64,000 nt of DNA from an uncultured Christensenella sp. (GCA_948468595.1 CAOKIU010000001.1:28811-92810), one strand, 5' to 3'. Positions 8,823-18,516 are shown, numbered from the stretch's first letter. Numbers and translations: made by a program. The notes: generated by a model not told the origin, from the letters alone.

Positions 8823-9904
8823 TAGTTTTGCGCCTCCTTCTTCTGCCTGCGCTTCTTGAGGAACATCCGAACGATGCCCGGGGTGGAAACAAAGAGGATG
8901 ACCAGGGCTTGGAGCACCTGGATGAACTCGCCGGGGATATTGGTCATGCGGTTCATGCTGGTGGACCCGGCGCGCAGCGCGCCGAAGATGAAAGCGGATA
9001 CCACCGTGCCCAGCGGCGAATAGCGGCCCATGACCGCGATGGCCACGCCGTCAAACCCATAGCCCGACGTCATGTTGGTGATGAAGTAGCCGTGCACGCC
9101 CATGACCTCCACCGCGCCGCCCATGCCGGCCAGCGCGCCGGAGAGGAACATGGTCACAAGGTTCATGCGCTGGATGTTGATGCCCCCGGCCTGCGCCGCA
9201 TAGGGGTTGGCCTCAATGGCGCGAATCTGATAGCCCGCCGTAGTCCTGGAGAGGAACCACCACATCAGCACCGCAAAGAAAAGCGCCACAAAGATTCCGC
9301 CCGTGAGCCTGGAATAGGGAATGAGCGGCGTGAGCACGGCGGAGGGCAAAACGTTTTCGGTGCGCACGAGCATGCCCTCGGCCTTGAATTGATAATTGGC
9401 CAGGTATTCGGCCAGGTAGATCGCCACGTAGTTGAGCATGATGGTCAAAATGACCTCCGAAACCCGCAGCTTGTTTTTGAGGAAGCCCGCCAGCGCCGCC
9501 CACAGGCCGCCGCCGACCATGCCGGCCAGGAAGCACAGCGGAATGTGCACAAACCAGGGCAGCCCCTGCGCGTAGGCGCCCACCAGCGCCGCCGGGAACG
9601 CGCCCGCGATGATTTGGCCCTCGATGCCGATGTTGAACATGCCGCCCCGGGCCGCAAAGGCCATGGCCAGGCCCGCGAAGATCAAGGGCGTGGCCGTGCC
9701 CAGGGTCTGGGCCAGATTATCCACCGACCCAAAGGCGCCCTTGAACATCGCGGAGTAACCCTCCAAGGGCGAGTAGCCCGCGATGAGCATCACCAATCCC
9801 GCCACAATCAGCGACAGCACCAGCGCCACAACCGATAAAAAGACGTTGTTCTTGGAGAGCCGCTCCGCAAAGCCGCCCTGCTTGCTGTTTCCGCTCTTTG
9901 CCAT
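8822..9904 (-). CDS. ABC transporter permease (BMP/nucleoside uptake family, first permease)
   Basis: 360-aa polytopic membrane protein. It abuts the ATPase gene with no gap. Confidence 0.8.
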   Translation of the reverse strand: MAKSGNSKQGGFAERLSKNNVFLSVVALVLSLIVAGLVMLIAGYSPLEGYSAMFKGAFGSVDNLAQTLGTATPLIFAGLAMAFAARGGMFNIGIEGQIIAGAFPAALVGAYAQGLPWFVHIPLCFLAGMVGGGLWAALAGFLKNKLRVSEVILTIMLNYVAIYLAEYLANYQFKAEGMLVRTENVLPSAVLTPLIPYSRLTGGIFVALFFAVLMWWFLSRTTAGYQIRAIEANPYAAQAGGINIQRMNLVTMFLSGALAGMGGAVEVMGVHGYFITNMTSGYGFDGVAIAVMGRYSPLGTVVSAFIFGALRAGSTSMNRMTNIPGEFIQVLQALVILFVSTPGIVRMFLKKRRQKKEAQN

Positions 9905-11452
9905 TTACTGCGCCTCCCTTTCTTTAGACGCCTCTTCCCCGCCCGCGGCGTGGCCGGTCATCAGCGCGCCCAGCGTGCGCTCGTCGTATTCGTTCGCCTT
10001 GCGCTTGTCCACAATGCGGCCGGCGTAAAGCACCGCGATGTTGTCCGAGAGCTTGGTCAGCTCCTCCAGGTCCGCGGAAATGAGCAGAATCGCCTTGCCC
10101 GCATCGCGCATCTTGATCAGCTCCGCGTGGATGTACTCAATGGCGCCAATGTCCACCCCGCGGGTGGGCTGCGCGGCGATGATCACCTTGGGGTCCTGCG
10201 CAAAGACCCGGCCGATGATCACCTTTTGCTGGTTGCCGCCCGAGAGCGAGCCCACGGTATCGCGGATGGAATCCATGCGCACGTCGTACTGCTGGGACAC
10301 CTTATTTGCGAACTCGTCCCGCGCCTTGAGATTAATCAGTCCGGCCTTGGAAAACGCCTTGTTCCTGTGATAGCCCAGGACGATGTTCTCGGCAATGGTG
10401 AAGGAGCCCACGTACCCGCGCTTGCCGCGATCCTCGGGGATGTGGCCCACGCCGGCCTCCAGCATGGCGCGGGGCGTGACGGACTTGGAGCGAAGCTGCT
10501 CGCCGTCGAGCAAAATCGCGCCGCCATGCAGTTTTTCCAGGCCGCACAGCACATCGATCAGCTCGGTCTGGCCATTGCCTTCCACCCCCGCGATGCCCAG
10601 AATTTCGCCCGAGCGAATCTCCAAGCTCACGTTGTCCAGGACGTTCCTGCGGTCCTTGACGACCGTGGCGCCGCGCAGCGCCATGACCACCTTGTGCTCG
10701 CCGGCCACTTCCTTTTTCTCCGTCTCAAACGCCACAATGCGGCCCACCATCAGCTCGGCCAGCTTTGCCTCGTCCACGGAGGCGGTGGGCAGGGAGGTGA
10801 CGACCTCGCCCTTGCGCAGGATGGTGACGGTATCGGCCAATTCCAGCGTCTCCTTGAGCTTGTGCGTGATGATGATGATGGTCTTTCCGCTCTCCTTGAG
10901 CCCCCGCAGCACCCTGAACAGGTCCGTAACCTCCTGCGGGGTGAGCACGGCGGTGGGCTCGTCCAGGATGAGGATCTCCGCCTGGCGGTAAAGCGCCTTG
11001 AGGATCTCCACGCGCTGCTTGGTTCCGACCGAAAGGTTCTCCACCCGCTCCCTGGGGTCGACCGCAAGGCCGTACTGCTTGGAGAGGGCCTCCACCTGGG
11101 CCACGGCCTTTTTAAAGTCGAAGCAGCCCTTCTTCTTGGGCTCGTAGCCCAGCACCACGTTTTCCGCTACGGTCAAGGGCTCGATGAGCATGAAGTGCTG
11201 GTGCACCATGGCGATGCCAAGGCCAATGGCCTTGAGCGGGTTTTCGATTTCCACCGGCTTTCCAAACACCTGGATGCTGCCGTCGGTGGGCGCGTACATG
11301 CCGTACAAGATGTTCATCAGCGTGGACTTGCCTGCGCCGTTCTCGCCCAGCAGCGAATGAATCTCCCCCTGCCTGACCATGAGATCGACGTTGCTGTTTG
11401 CCAGCACATTCTTAAACTGCTTGGTGATGCCGTGCATCTCAACAGCGTACAT
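9905..11452 (-). CDS. ABC transporter ATP-binding protein with duplicated ATPase domains (sugar/nucleoside importer type)
   Basis: Walker A GENGAGKST, signature LSVGTKQRVEI, and a second-half signature LSGGNQQKVII. 515 aa. Confidence 0.9.
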   Translation of the reverse strand: MYAVEMHGITKQFKNVLANSNVDLMVRQGEIHSLLGENGAGKSTLMNILYGMYAPTDGSIQVFGKPVEIENPLKAIGLGIAMVHQHFMLIEPLTVAENVVLGYEPKKKGCFDFKKAVAQVEALSKQYGLAVDPRERVENLSVGTKQRVEILKALYRQAEILILDEPTAVLTPQEVTDLFRVLRGLKESGKTIIIITHKLKETLELADTVTILRKGEVVTSLPTASVDEAKLAELMVGRIVAFETEKKEVAGEHKVVMALRGATVVKDRRNVLDNVSLEIRSGEILGIAGVEGNGQTELIDVLCGLEKLHGGAILLDGEQLRSKSVTPRAMLEAGVGHIPEDRGKRGYVGSFTIAENIVLGYHRNKAFSKAGLINLKARDEFANKVSQQYDVRMDSIRDTVGSLSGGNQQKVIIGRVFAQDPKVIIAAQPTRGVDIGAIEYIHAELIKMRDAGKAILLISADLEELTKLSDNIAVLYAGRIVDKRKANEYDERTLGALMTGHAAGGEEASKEREAQ

Positions 11453-11575
11453 TGCGACTCCCCATTTCCATAATATTGCCTGCCGGCATGCCGCGGCAGC
11501 CCGATAAAGCCGCCTGCAAAATAGAACAACAGCAGCAGATATTGCTATCTGCCGCTATTGTTTTTTACTGTGAAT

Positions 11576-12697
11576 TTACGCGCCCTGGTTGGCGGACTTG
11601 AAGGTTTCCACATCCTCCAGGGTATAGGGCACGGTGATCTCACCGGCCATGATCTTCGCCTTCATCTCCTCGACGCTGGCGATGATCTCATCCGAGACCT
11701 GGATGTTAGAGCCCTCGCGGGTGTAGGTCACGCCGTTCTCCTTCAGGCCGGCAGACTGGGAGCCGGGCGTCAGCGTGCCTTCCTTGGCGGCCATGATGTT
11801 ATCGCGGATGATGTAGTTCAGGGTGCGGATGCCGGAGACCAGCACGTGGTCCGGATCGAGCAGGCACTGGTTGGTGTCCGCGCCGATGGCCATCCGGTTC
11901 TTCTCCTGCGCCGCGGTGAACACGCCCAGGCCGGAACCGCCCGCCGCCTGGTAGACGATGTCGCAGCCGCTGTCATACAGGGCCAGGGCAAGCTCCTTGC
12001 CCGCGGCAGTGTCGTTCCACGCGCCGACGTACTTGCGCTCGACAGTGACGGTGGGGTCCGCCATGAAGGCGCCCGCCTCATAGCCCGCGGCGAACATGTT
12101 GATGGAGGGAATGTCCATGCCGCCCACGATGCCAATCTTCTTGGTCTCGGAAACCTGCGCGGCAAGGTAGCCCAGCAGGAACGCCTTCTCGTGGTCGCGG
12201 AAGGTGACGGAGGTGACGTTGGGCAGATCGCCGCAGTCGCCGTCCACAAACAGGAACTTCTGCTCCGGGAACAGGCCGGAAACCTTGGTCACGGCTTCCA
12301 CGCCGTCAAAGCCGGAGCCGATGATCAGATCGTACTCGCCCGTCTTGGCCAGTTCCATGTAGTGGCCTTCGAACTCCGCGACCTCGGTGGGCTCGACCAC
12401 CTGCACGCTGACGCTGGCGTCATCCGCCATGGCCATCTTGCAGCCGTCGTACATGCTGTCGTTGAAGGACTCGTCGCCCAGACCGCCCACGCCAAGGACG
12501 ATGGCGACCTTGAACTCCTCGCCGCCCTCGGGGGCTGCGGTGGGATCGGTGCTCTCCTCGGGCGCGTCGGTGGGCTCGGCGCTCTGGGTGGGCTCCGTCG
12601 CGTCGGTGGGCGCAGCGGAGGGAGCGGGCGTGGCGGCGCAGCCCACAAGAGCCAGCACCATCATCGCCGCAAGGGCGAAAGCAAGAAACTTCTTCAT
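11576..12697 (-). CDS. BMP-family (PnrA/Med-like) substrate-binding lipoprotein
   Basis: Signal peptide with lipobox LALVGC, a Pro/Thr/Ala/Glu linker, then a BMP-like body (VAIVLGVGGLGDESFND...). Confidence 0.85.
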   Translation of the reverse strand: MKKFLAFALAAMMVLALVGCAATPAPSAAPTDATEPTQSAEPTDAPEESTDPTAAPEGGEEFKVAIVLGVGGLGDESFNDSMYDGCKMAMADDASVSVQVVEPTEVAEFEGHYMELAKTGEYDLIIGSGFDGVEAVTKVSGLFPEQKFLFVDGDCGDLPNVTSVTFRDHEKAFLLGYLAAQVSETKKIGIVGGMDIPSINMFAAGYEAGAFMADPTVTVERKYVGAWNDTAAGKELALALYDSGCDIVYQAAGGSGLGVFTAAQEKNRMAIGADTNQCLLDPDHVLVSGIRTLNYIIRDNIMAAKEGTLTPGSQSAGLKENGVTYTREGSNIQVSDEIIASVEEMKAKIMAGEITVPYTLEDVETFKSANQGA

Positions 12698-12747
12698 GGT
12701 TTATTCTCCTTTTTGATAAAAGTGAGCATGGCTATCGAATAACCGCC

Positions 12748-13620
12748 TTATTTGGCGTTCATTCTCTCCTGAACGCGGCCCGGCACCTCCATCAGGTAAT
12801 CCTTGCAGCGGCACTCCTTCTTGGAGGGGTCAATGGCGGCCAGCGTGCGCAGCACGATGCGGCCGAACTTATCGGCGCACTCGGCGTACAGGTCGAAGAT
12901 GGGGCGCTTCCAATCGGGATTGATGCCCTCGGCCGTGTTGGAAACCAGGTAAATCGCCGCGTAGCAGGCGCCAATGGCGCGGGCCAGCGCCGCCTCCGGC
13001 ATCATGGTGTGGCCGCAGATGTCGCAGTGCTGGTCATACAGGCGCTGAATCTCGGCCTTGGTCTCAAAGCGGGGCGCCTCGTCCACGGCATAGGTGCCGC
13101 GGCCAAACACGCGCGGATACTCCTTGAGCGCCTCGTTATAGAGAATGGCGGCCAGGTCCGGGCAGACGATGTCGCGCATTCTCACAATCTTATCGGTGAA
13201 CTTGGAAATGTAGGAAACGCGCTTGGTCTGGTCGATGAGATCATCGGGGATGATGACGTCGCCGGGATCGAGCAGGGGGTTGATGCCGCCGCCGCTGCCG
13301 TCGGCGATGATCCACTTCACGCCCGCCTCCTTGAGCACCCAGAACGCGCGCTCGGACGGGGTATCCAAATAGGGGGACAGACCGAACCAGCCGTGGAAGG
13401 GCATGTCCAGCACAACGTGCGGCTTGTGGTCGGCGGTTACATCCGCGCTGATCTCAAAGAGCTTCATGGCGACCGTGGTGCCGAACGGCGTTTCGAACTC
13501 CATGTCGGTATCCAGGATCTTTACGCCTTCAAAGCCTATGTTTTCGGGGAAATCATCGCACCAGGTGCCGGAGCCGCCGATGTGCGCATATTCCGCATGG
13601 GGAATCACTTTTCTGATCAT
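12748..13620 (-). CDS. Purine nucleoside/MTA phosphorylase family protein (MTAP-like)
   Basis: 290 aa. N-terminal IGGSG, the GVKWIIADGSGGGINP block, and the context suggest the family. First gene of the operon. RBS GGGAGAGGCGGAA. Confidence 0.6.
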   Translation of the reverse strand: MIRKVIPHAEYAHIGGSGTWCDDFPENIGFEGVKILDTDMEFETPFGTTVAMKLFEISADVTADHKPHVVLDMPFHGWFGLSPYLDTPSERAFWVLKEAGVKWIIADGSGGGINPLLDPGDVIIPDDLIDQTKRVSYISKFTDKIVRMRDIVCPDLAAILYNEALKEYPRVFGRGTYAVDEAPRFETKAEIQRLYDQHCDICGHTMMPEAALARAIGACYAAIYLVSNTAEGINPDWKRPIFDLYAECADKFGRIVLRTLAAIDPSKKECRCKDYLMEVPGRVQERMNAK

Positions 13621-13679
13621 TTCCGCCTCTCCCTATCCTTTTTCTTTCTATTCCTCCAAATTTCTTCGGAGTCAAATCA

Positions 13680-13708
13680 AGTATAGTCATTTCTTCATTT
13701 TGCGTCAA
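13680..13708 (-). promoter_or_regulatory. Sigma-A promoter of the nucleoside salvage operon
   Basis: On the minus strand: TTGACG, 17-nt spacer, TATACT. It leaves a roughly 55-nt leader before the ATG at 13620. Confidence 0.7.
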
Positions 13709-13856
13709 TCGAGTTCACAGGTAATAAACGGTGTAAAAGCGAATATTAACAATCCTCTTCCCGATCCAATGCGCTGTAATTCCGAACATTACGGGGATCT
13801 TATCGCGGCGGCGCCGCTCTCGCGTTCGGAGATTCTCAGGATGCCGGCGCTGCCGC

Positions 13857-13900
13857 GAAAAAACGCCTCTCCTTCCCCGGTTCGGGAAAGGAGAGGCGTT
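13857..13900 (-). terminator. Rho-independent terminator after the FAD protein gene
   Basis: Minus strand reads AACGCCTCTCCTTTCCC-gaac-CGGGGAAGGAGAGGCGTT followed by TTTTC. Confidence 0.8.
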
Positions 13901-13907
13901 GGAACCG

Positions 13908-15323
13908 TCAAAGGCGCCCGGCAAGCTCCCTTGCCACCACCACGCCGGAGACGGAGGCCTGCATCAAGCCCCTGGTGATCCCCGCGCCATCGCCGATGGC
14001 AAAGAAGTTCTTTATCTTGGTCTCAAACTTGTCGTCCACGGTGATCTTGGAGGAGTAGAACTTGACCTCCACGCCGTAGAGCAGGGTGTTTTTGCTGTAG
14101 AGCCCGGGCGCCATGTGGTCGAAGGCGCGCAGGGCCTCGATGATGCTGGTCAGGTGGCGGTGCGGCAGCACAAAGGAGAGGTCGCCGGGCACCGCGGTCT
14201 TAAGGGTGGGAATGGTGGTGGACTTTTTCAACCTGGATGCGTCCGTCCGGCGCCCCTGAAGCAGATCGCCCAGGCGCTGGACCATGATGCCGCCGCCGGT
14301 GAGCATGTTGCCCAATTGGGCGATGTACTTGCCATACTGGGTGGGCTGGTCAAACGGCTCGGTGAACTTGGTGGAAACCAGCATGGCGAAGTTGGTGTTC
14401 TCGGTGTGCCGGGAAGCGTCGGCGTAGCTATGGCCGTTGACCACCGCGATGCTGCCGTCGTAATGCTCCTCGGACACCAGGCCGCCGGGGTTCATGCAGA
14501 AGGTGCGCACCTTGTTTTCAAAGGTATCGGAATAATAGACGAGCTTGGCCTCGTAAAGATGCTGGGTCAGGTGGTCCATCACGGCGTTGGGGACCTCCAC
14601 GCGCACGCCGATATCCACCTCGTTGTTCTGCGTGGCAATGCCCGAGGCGTGCGCCACCTTCGTCAGCCACGACGCGCCCGCGCGGCCCGGGGCCGCCACA
14701 ACGCACTTGGCCGCGACCTCCTCCCGCTCGCCGCCCTTCTTTTGCAGGATCACGCCGCGCACAGCGCCGTCCGCCGTCAGGATCTCCTCGCAGGTGGTGT
14801 ATTCCTGGAAGGTGAAGGTCTCGCTCTGGGACAGGGCGCGGTACATCTGGCGCAGCACTTCAAAGGAGTACTCGGTGCCCATGTGGCGGACCGGGCAGGG
14901 GATAAGCTGAATGTTGTGCTTGCTCGCCTCGTACTTAAACTCCTCCACCTTGGGGTCCCCCCGGCCGTGCACGATGTCGGGCGCGCCGAAGGCCAAATAC
15001 TTGTCGTCGCAGTACTGGATCAGCTCGCGCACCTTCTCCACGGGCAGATAGTCGGTCAAATTGCCGCCCACCTCCTCGGACAGAGAGAGCTTTCCATCCG
15101 AAAACGCGCCAGCGCCGGCCCAGCCCTGCATGATGCCGCAGGGCTGACAGTTGACGCAGCGGCCCGTGCGGCGGGAAGGGCAGTTGCGGCGGTCGATGCT
15201 GCTGCCAGCGTCCACCACCAGCACGCGCGTGCGCGGGGATTCCTTTTGCAGTTCCAGCGCGGTGAAGATGCCCGCAGGACCTGCGCCGACCACGATGACG
15301 TCAAATTCGCGCATTGGGTTCAC
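13908..15323 (-). CDS. FAD-dependent protein (COG2509-like oxidoreductase)
   Basis: N-terminal dinucleotide fold DVIVVGAGPAGIFTALEL and a Cys cluster CPSRRTGRCVNCQPCG. 471 aa. Confidence 0.7.
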   Translation of the reverse strand: MNPMREFDVIVVGAGPAGIFTALELQKESPRTRVLVVDAGSSIDRRNCPSRRTGRCVNCQPCGIMQGWAGAGAFSDGKLSLSEEVGGNLTDYLPVEKVRELIQYCDDKYLAFGAPDIVHGRGDPKVEEFKYEASKHNIQLIPCPVRHMGTEYSFEVLRQMYRALSQSETFTFQEYTTCEEILTADGAVRGVILQKKGGEREEVAAKCVVAAPGRAGASWLTKVAHASGIATQNNEVDIGVRVEVPNAVMDHLTQHLYEAKLVYYSDTFENKVRTFCMNPGGLVSEEHYDGSIAVVNGHSYADASRHTENTNFAMLVSTKFTEPFDQPTQYGKYIAQLGNMLTGGGIMVQRLGDLLQGRRTDASRLKKSTTIPTLKTAVPGDLSFVLPHRHLTSIIEALRAFDHMAPGLYSKNTLLYGVEVKFYSSKITVDDKFETKIKNFFAIGDGAGITRGLMQASVSGVVVARELAGRL

Positions 15324-15516
15324 TCCAAATTCATCTGAATTGGCTCGCGCGGACGCACCCGCGCAAACCTATTTATTATAGCACGAAAATGCCGATAATT
15401 CAAGGTTTTTTCAAAATCCGAATGTTTCCAAAGGGAAAGCTCGGAACGCGCTCCCCCCTTGCGCGCCAAATCGGCTTCGCGTCAAAGGCGTTCGTTTTAT
15501 GCCGGCCGCTCCCCCC

Positions 15517-15546
15517 TTGACACCCCAAAGGGCATCACCCTATACT
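15517..15546 (+). promoter_or_regulatory. Sigma-A promoter of the dehydrogenase gene
   Basis: TTGACA, 18-nt spacer, TATACT. Confidence 0.6.
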
Positions 15547-15601
15547 GATAGATGACGCAAGAAAACGCAACATACAATCCTATAAAAAGGAGGAAGATGA
15601 C

Positions 15602-16789
15602 ATGGATATGCTGGGTTACGCGGCGCTCAAGGAAGGCGGGAGCGCGTTGGTCCGGGTTCCCATCCCTCAGGTGGAGCCGTATCAGGCGCTGGTACGCATG
15701 CGGGCGTGCGGCGTGTGCAATGGCACCGATTCCAAGATTCTGCATCATACCTTCAAGCTCTTCGACCAATACCCCACCCTTTTGGGCCACGAGGGCGTGG
15801 GCGAGGTGGTTCGCCTGGGCGAAAAGGCGCGGCATCTGCGCGTGGGGGATCTCGTGCTTCTGCCCTTTGTGGAGGGCACGCTGGCGGGCTACTCCTCCGG
15901 CTGGGGCGCCTATTGCGAGTACGCGGTGGTCTGCGACGGCGAATCCATGCGCGAGGACGGCCTCACCCCGCCCGACAGCGCGGCGGCGCAGTCGGTGCTG
16001 CCCAGGGACATGGACCCGGTGGAGGCCACCATGATCGTCACCTTCCGCGAGGTGCTCTCCAGCTTGCCCAGGTTCGGCATCTCCGGCGGCGAGCGCGTGG
16101 TGGTCTACGGCGCGGGGCCGGTGGGCCTTAGCTTTGTCAAGTTCCTGAAGCGGCGGGGCTGCACGGTGATCTCGGTGGAGGTCACCAAGGAAAAAGCCGA
16201 CCGCGCAAAGGCATTTGGCGCGGATTACGCGATCGATTCCACGCAAACAGAGGTCGTGCCCTTTGTGCGCGCGCTCTTCCCCGACGGCGTGGAGGCGGTC
16301 ATCGACGCCGTGGGCGTCAACTCGCTGATCAACCAGGCCATGGAGCTGATCGCAAACCACGGCAAGATCTGCTCTTACGGCATCTCCCCCAAGCTGAACA
16401 TGAACATCGATTGGAGCCGCGCGCCCTACAATTGGAGCGTCAACTTCGTTCAGTTCCCGGAAAAGGCGGAGGAAGCCGCTATGCACCAGGAGGTCATGGA
16501 GATGATCGCCCAGGGCGACCTCGTCCCGCGCGACTTCATTTCCCTGGTTCTGCCGCTTCAGGAGATTCAGACGGCGTTCGACCTTGTGGAGCAGCGGAAG
16601 ACCGACCTAAAGACCGTCATTGTGTTTACCGGGTGGGGTTATTTCAGCGCGTCCAGACGGGGGGGGGGCTTGGACCCAACGCCCCGCCCCGCCCCTCGAT
16701 TCATTTGCCGGCTCACGCGGCCTCTAAGCCAACGGCCTGCTTCCAACGCCCGCGCACATAGCGCGCAAAGAGCAACGCGCCGCGGGTGA
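15602..16789 (+). CDS. Zinc-dependent alcohol dehydrogenase (MDR) family protein with an unusual ~50-aa low-complexity C-terminal tail
   Basis: Contains CGVCNGTD, GHEGVGEV and the Rossmann motif VVVYGAGPVG. AGGAGG lies 8 nt upstream of the ATG. After the expected end (KTVIVF) the ORF runs on through a G10 tract and overlaps the convergent MATE gene by 77 nt. Confidence 0.75.
   Translation: MDMLGYAALKEGGSALVRVPIPQVEPYQALVRMRACGVCNGTDSKILHHTFKLFDQYPTLLGHEGVGEVVRLGEKARHLRVGDLVLLPFVEGTLAGYSSGWGAYCEYAVVCDGESMREDGLTPPDSAAAQSVLPRDMDPVEATMIVTFREVLSSLPRFGISGGERVVVYGAGPVGLSFVKFLKRRGCTVISVEVTKEKADRAKAFGADYAIDSTQTEVVPFVRALFPDGVEAVIDAVGVNSLINQAMELIANHGKICSYGISPKLNMNIDWSRAPYNWSVNFVQFPEKAEEAAMHQEVMEMIAQGDLVPRDFISLVLPLQEIQTAFDLVEQRKTDLKTVIVFTGWGYFSASRRGGGLDPTPRPAPRFICRLTRPLSQRPASNARAHSAQRATRRG
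16659..16668 (+). repeat. G10 homopolymer tract inside the 3' tail of the dehydrogenase ORF
   Basis: Ten consecutive G read directly at 16659-16668. It is followed at 16675-16695 by CCC/CCCC/CCCC/CCCC tracts, which form a G-quadruplex-type motif on the minus strand. Confidence 0.9.
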
Positions 16790-18104
16790 CATTGTCCAGC
16801 ACCATGCAGCACCAGACCGCGCTCAAGCCCAGGTGCAGCACATTGACGCACAGATAGGTCAGCAGGATGCGCACGCCCCACATGGTGGCGATGGAGATCA
16901 CCAGCGGCGTGCGCGTGTCGCCGATGCCGTCGAACACGCCCTCCAAGATGATGGATGCGCCAAAGACCGGCTCCGATACCGCCACAATGCGCAGAACGCT
17001 CTTGCCCAGCTCGATCACCTGCGCGTCCTTGGTAAAGAGCGACATCATAAATTCCGGGAACAGGAATAGGATGAGGCCCGTGGCCGCCATCACGCCGGAG
17101 GCCATGATCACCGCCGTGCGGGCGCAGCGCTTGAGGCGCTTTAAGTCCCTGGCGCCCAATGCGTTGCCGCACATGGTGGCGGCCGCCGCCTGCATGCCGT
17201 AGCCGGGGATATAGAACGCCTGCTCCGCCGTCAGCGCCAGGGAATGCGCCGCCAGCGCGGTCGTGCCCAGGCGCGTGACCTGGGAGGAGAAAACCACCTG
17301 ACCCAGGCACGCGCCCACCCGCGAGAGCGCCACCGGCGCGCCGATGCGCACGCACTCCTTCATGATGCGCCGGTCCAGGTGCAGGCCCAGCCCCCTGGGC
17401 GAGGCGGAGGGACTGCGCATCATTTTGACAAACATCATCGTCCCGCCCAAGACGTAGGAGATGGCCGTGGCCGCCGCCGCGCCCAGGACGCCCAGCCCCG
17501 CGCCGGGGAGGGGCACATCCACGCCAAGAAGGGAGACGGTTCTCGTCTCAAAGATCAGGAAAAAGTTGAGCACCACATTGACCACGTTGATCATCACGTT
17601 GACCGTCATGGGCGTCTTCATGTCCCCTGTGGCGCGCAGCACGGCGCCAAAGATCACAATGCCCGCGCGAAAGAGCATGGGCGCGCAAATGATAGCAAAA
17701 TAGGCCGCGCCGTCCGCGCGCAGCGACTCCTCCGCGCCCAGCCAGCCGGGCAAAAAAGGGCTGATCGCCACAGTCAGCGCGCCCAGCGCCAACCCGAGCG
17801 CCAGGGTCATCAGCACGGATTGGGAGGCCGCGCGCTTTGCCGTATCCGCATCGCCCGCGCCGCAGGCGCGGGCGATGGTGGCCAGCACGCCGACGCCCAT
17901 GGCGAAAAGCGGGGAATTGACCAGCCAGGTCATGGACGTGGTCATGCCCACGCAGGCCGACGCCTGCGCCCCAATGCGCCCGACCATGGCCGTATCCGCG
18001 AACTGCACCACCGTTTGGAGCGCCTGCTCGATGATGGTCGGCCAGGAAAGCGCGGCGATTTCGCGCACCATTTGATTTGTTTCTCTATTTTTACAGCGCA
18101 TCAT
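16713..18104 (-). CDS. MATE family efflux transporter
   Basis: Polytopic protein with the typical N-terminus (LSWPTIIEQALQTVVQFADTAMVGRIG). I chose the start at 18104 because AGGAGG lies 7 nt upstream. Confidence 0.85.
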   Translation of the reverse strand: MMRCKNRETNQMVREIAALSWPTIIEQALQTVVQFADTAMVGRIGAQASACVGMTTSMTWLVNSPLFAMGVGVLATIARACGAGDADTAKRAASQSVLMTLALGLALGALTVAISPFLPGWLGAEESLRADGAAYFAIICAPMLFRAGIVIFGAVLRATGDMKTPMTVNVMINVVNVVLNFFLIFETRTVSLLGVDVPLPGAGLGVLGAAAATAISYVLGGTMMFVKMMRSPSASPRGLGLHLDRRIMKECVRIGAPVALSRVGACLGQVVFSSQVTRLGTTALAAHSLALTAEQAFYIPGYGMQAAAATMCGNALGARDLKRLKRCARTAVIMASGVMAATGLILFLFPEFMMSLFTKDAQVIELGKSVLRIVAVSEPVFGASIILEGVFDGIGDTRTPLVISIATMWGVRILLTYLCVNVLHLGLSAVWCCMVLDNVTRGALLFARYVRGRWKQAVGLEAA

Positions 18105-18147
18105 GGAAAAGCCTCCTGCGCGCACCCGTTTTGTGCGTTCAGGAGGC

Positions 18148-18177
18148 ATTATAACACGGGGGTCGCGCGCGCGTCAA
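18148..18177 (-). promoter_or_regulatory. Sigma-A promoter of the MATE gene
   Basis: On the minus strand: TTGACG, 17-nt spacer, TGtTATAAT (extended -10). Confidence 0.65.
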
Positions 18178-18516
18178 CGCGGCGGGGGCCTCCGCCTTTT
18201 TGCGTTGGGGTCCGTCCATGCGATCCACAAAAGCGGTCAAGCCTAAATTCGAATGCAAAACGGGCGTCCCGCCGGGTCCAGCATTGCGATGCATTCCGCA
18301 TCGCCGTATTGGCTCTCCGCCATCGTCGCCCCCCAAGCGAGCGCCTTTGTTGTCGCGCCGTTTGCGCGGGCCAGGCGGTTCATCCTGCGCAAAGGCGATT
18401 CCAAAACCCGTTGCGGGGCATTCGATTCGCACGAAGCCATCCGCTTTGAAACCGCCGGCCAATTGAGAAAAGGCGAATCGAACGAGACCAGGCGCGCAAC
18501 ACCGCGGCGCTCTCGG

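Noticed and set aside
9950-11473. Long antisense ORFs opposite many real genes (9950-11473, 11558-12742, 13899-15338, 15497-16486, 27328-28515, 29626-31128, 46047-47213, 47244-48737, 58263-59285, 60826-61857 and others)
   Set aside because: Each overlaps a gene with clear family motifs on the other strand. All show the Arg/Ala/Gly/His-biased composition expected from reading GC-rich codons backwards.
18205-18516. Possible gene or ncRNA in the ~300-nt gap between the ThrE operon and the MATE promoter
   Set aside because: It contains only overlapping low-quality ORFs without RBS and no recognisable RNA motifs (no tmRNA, SRP or RNase P signatures). The evidence is insufficient for any call.
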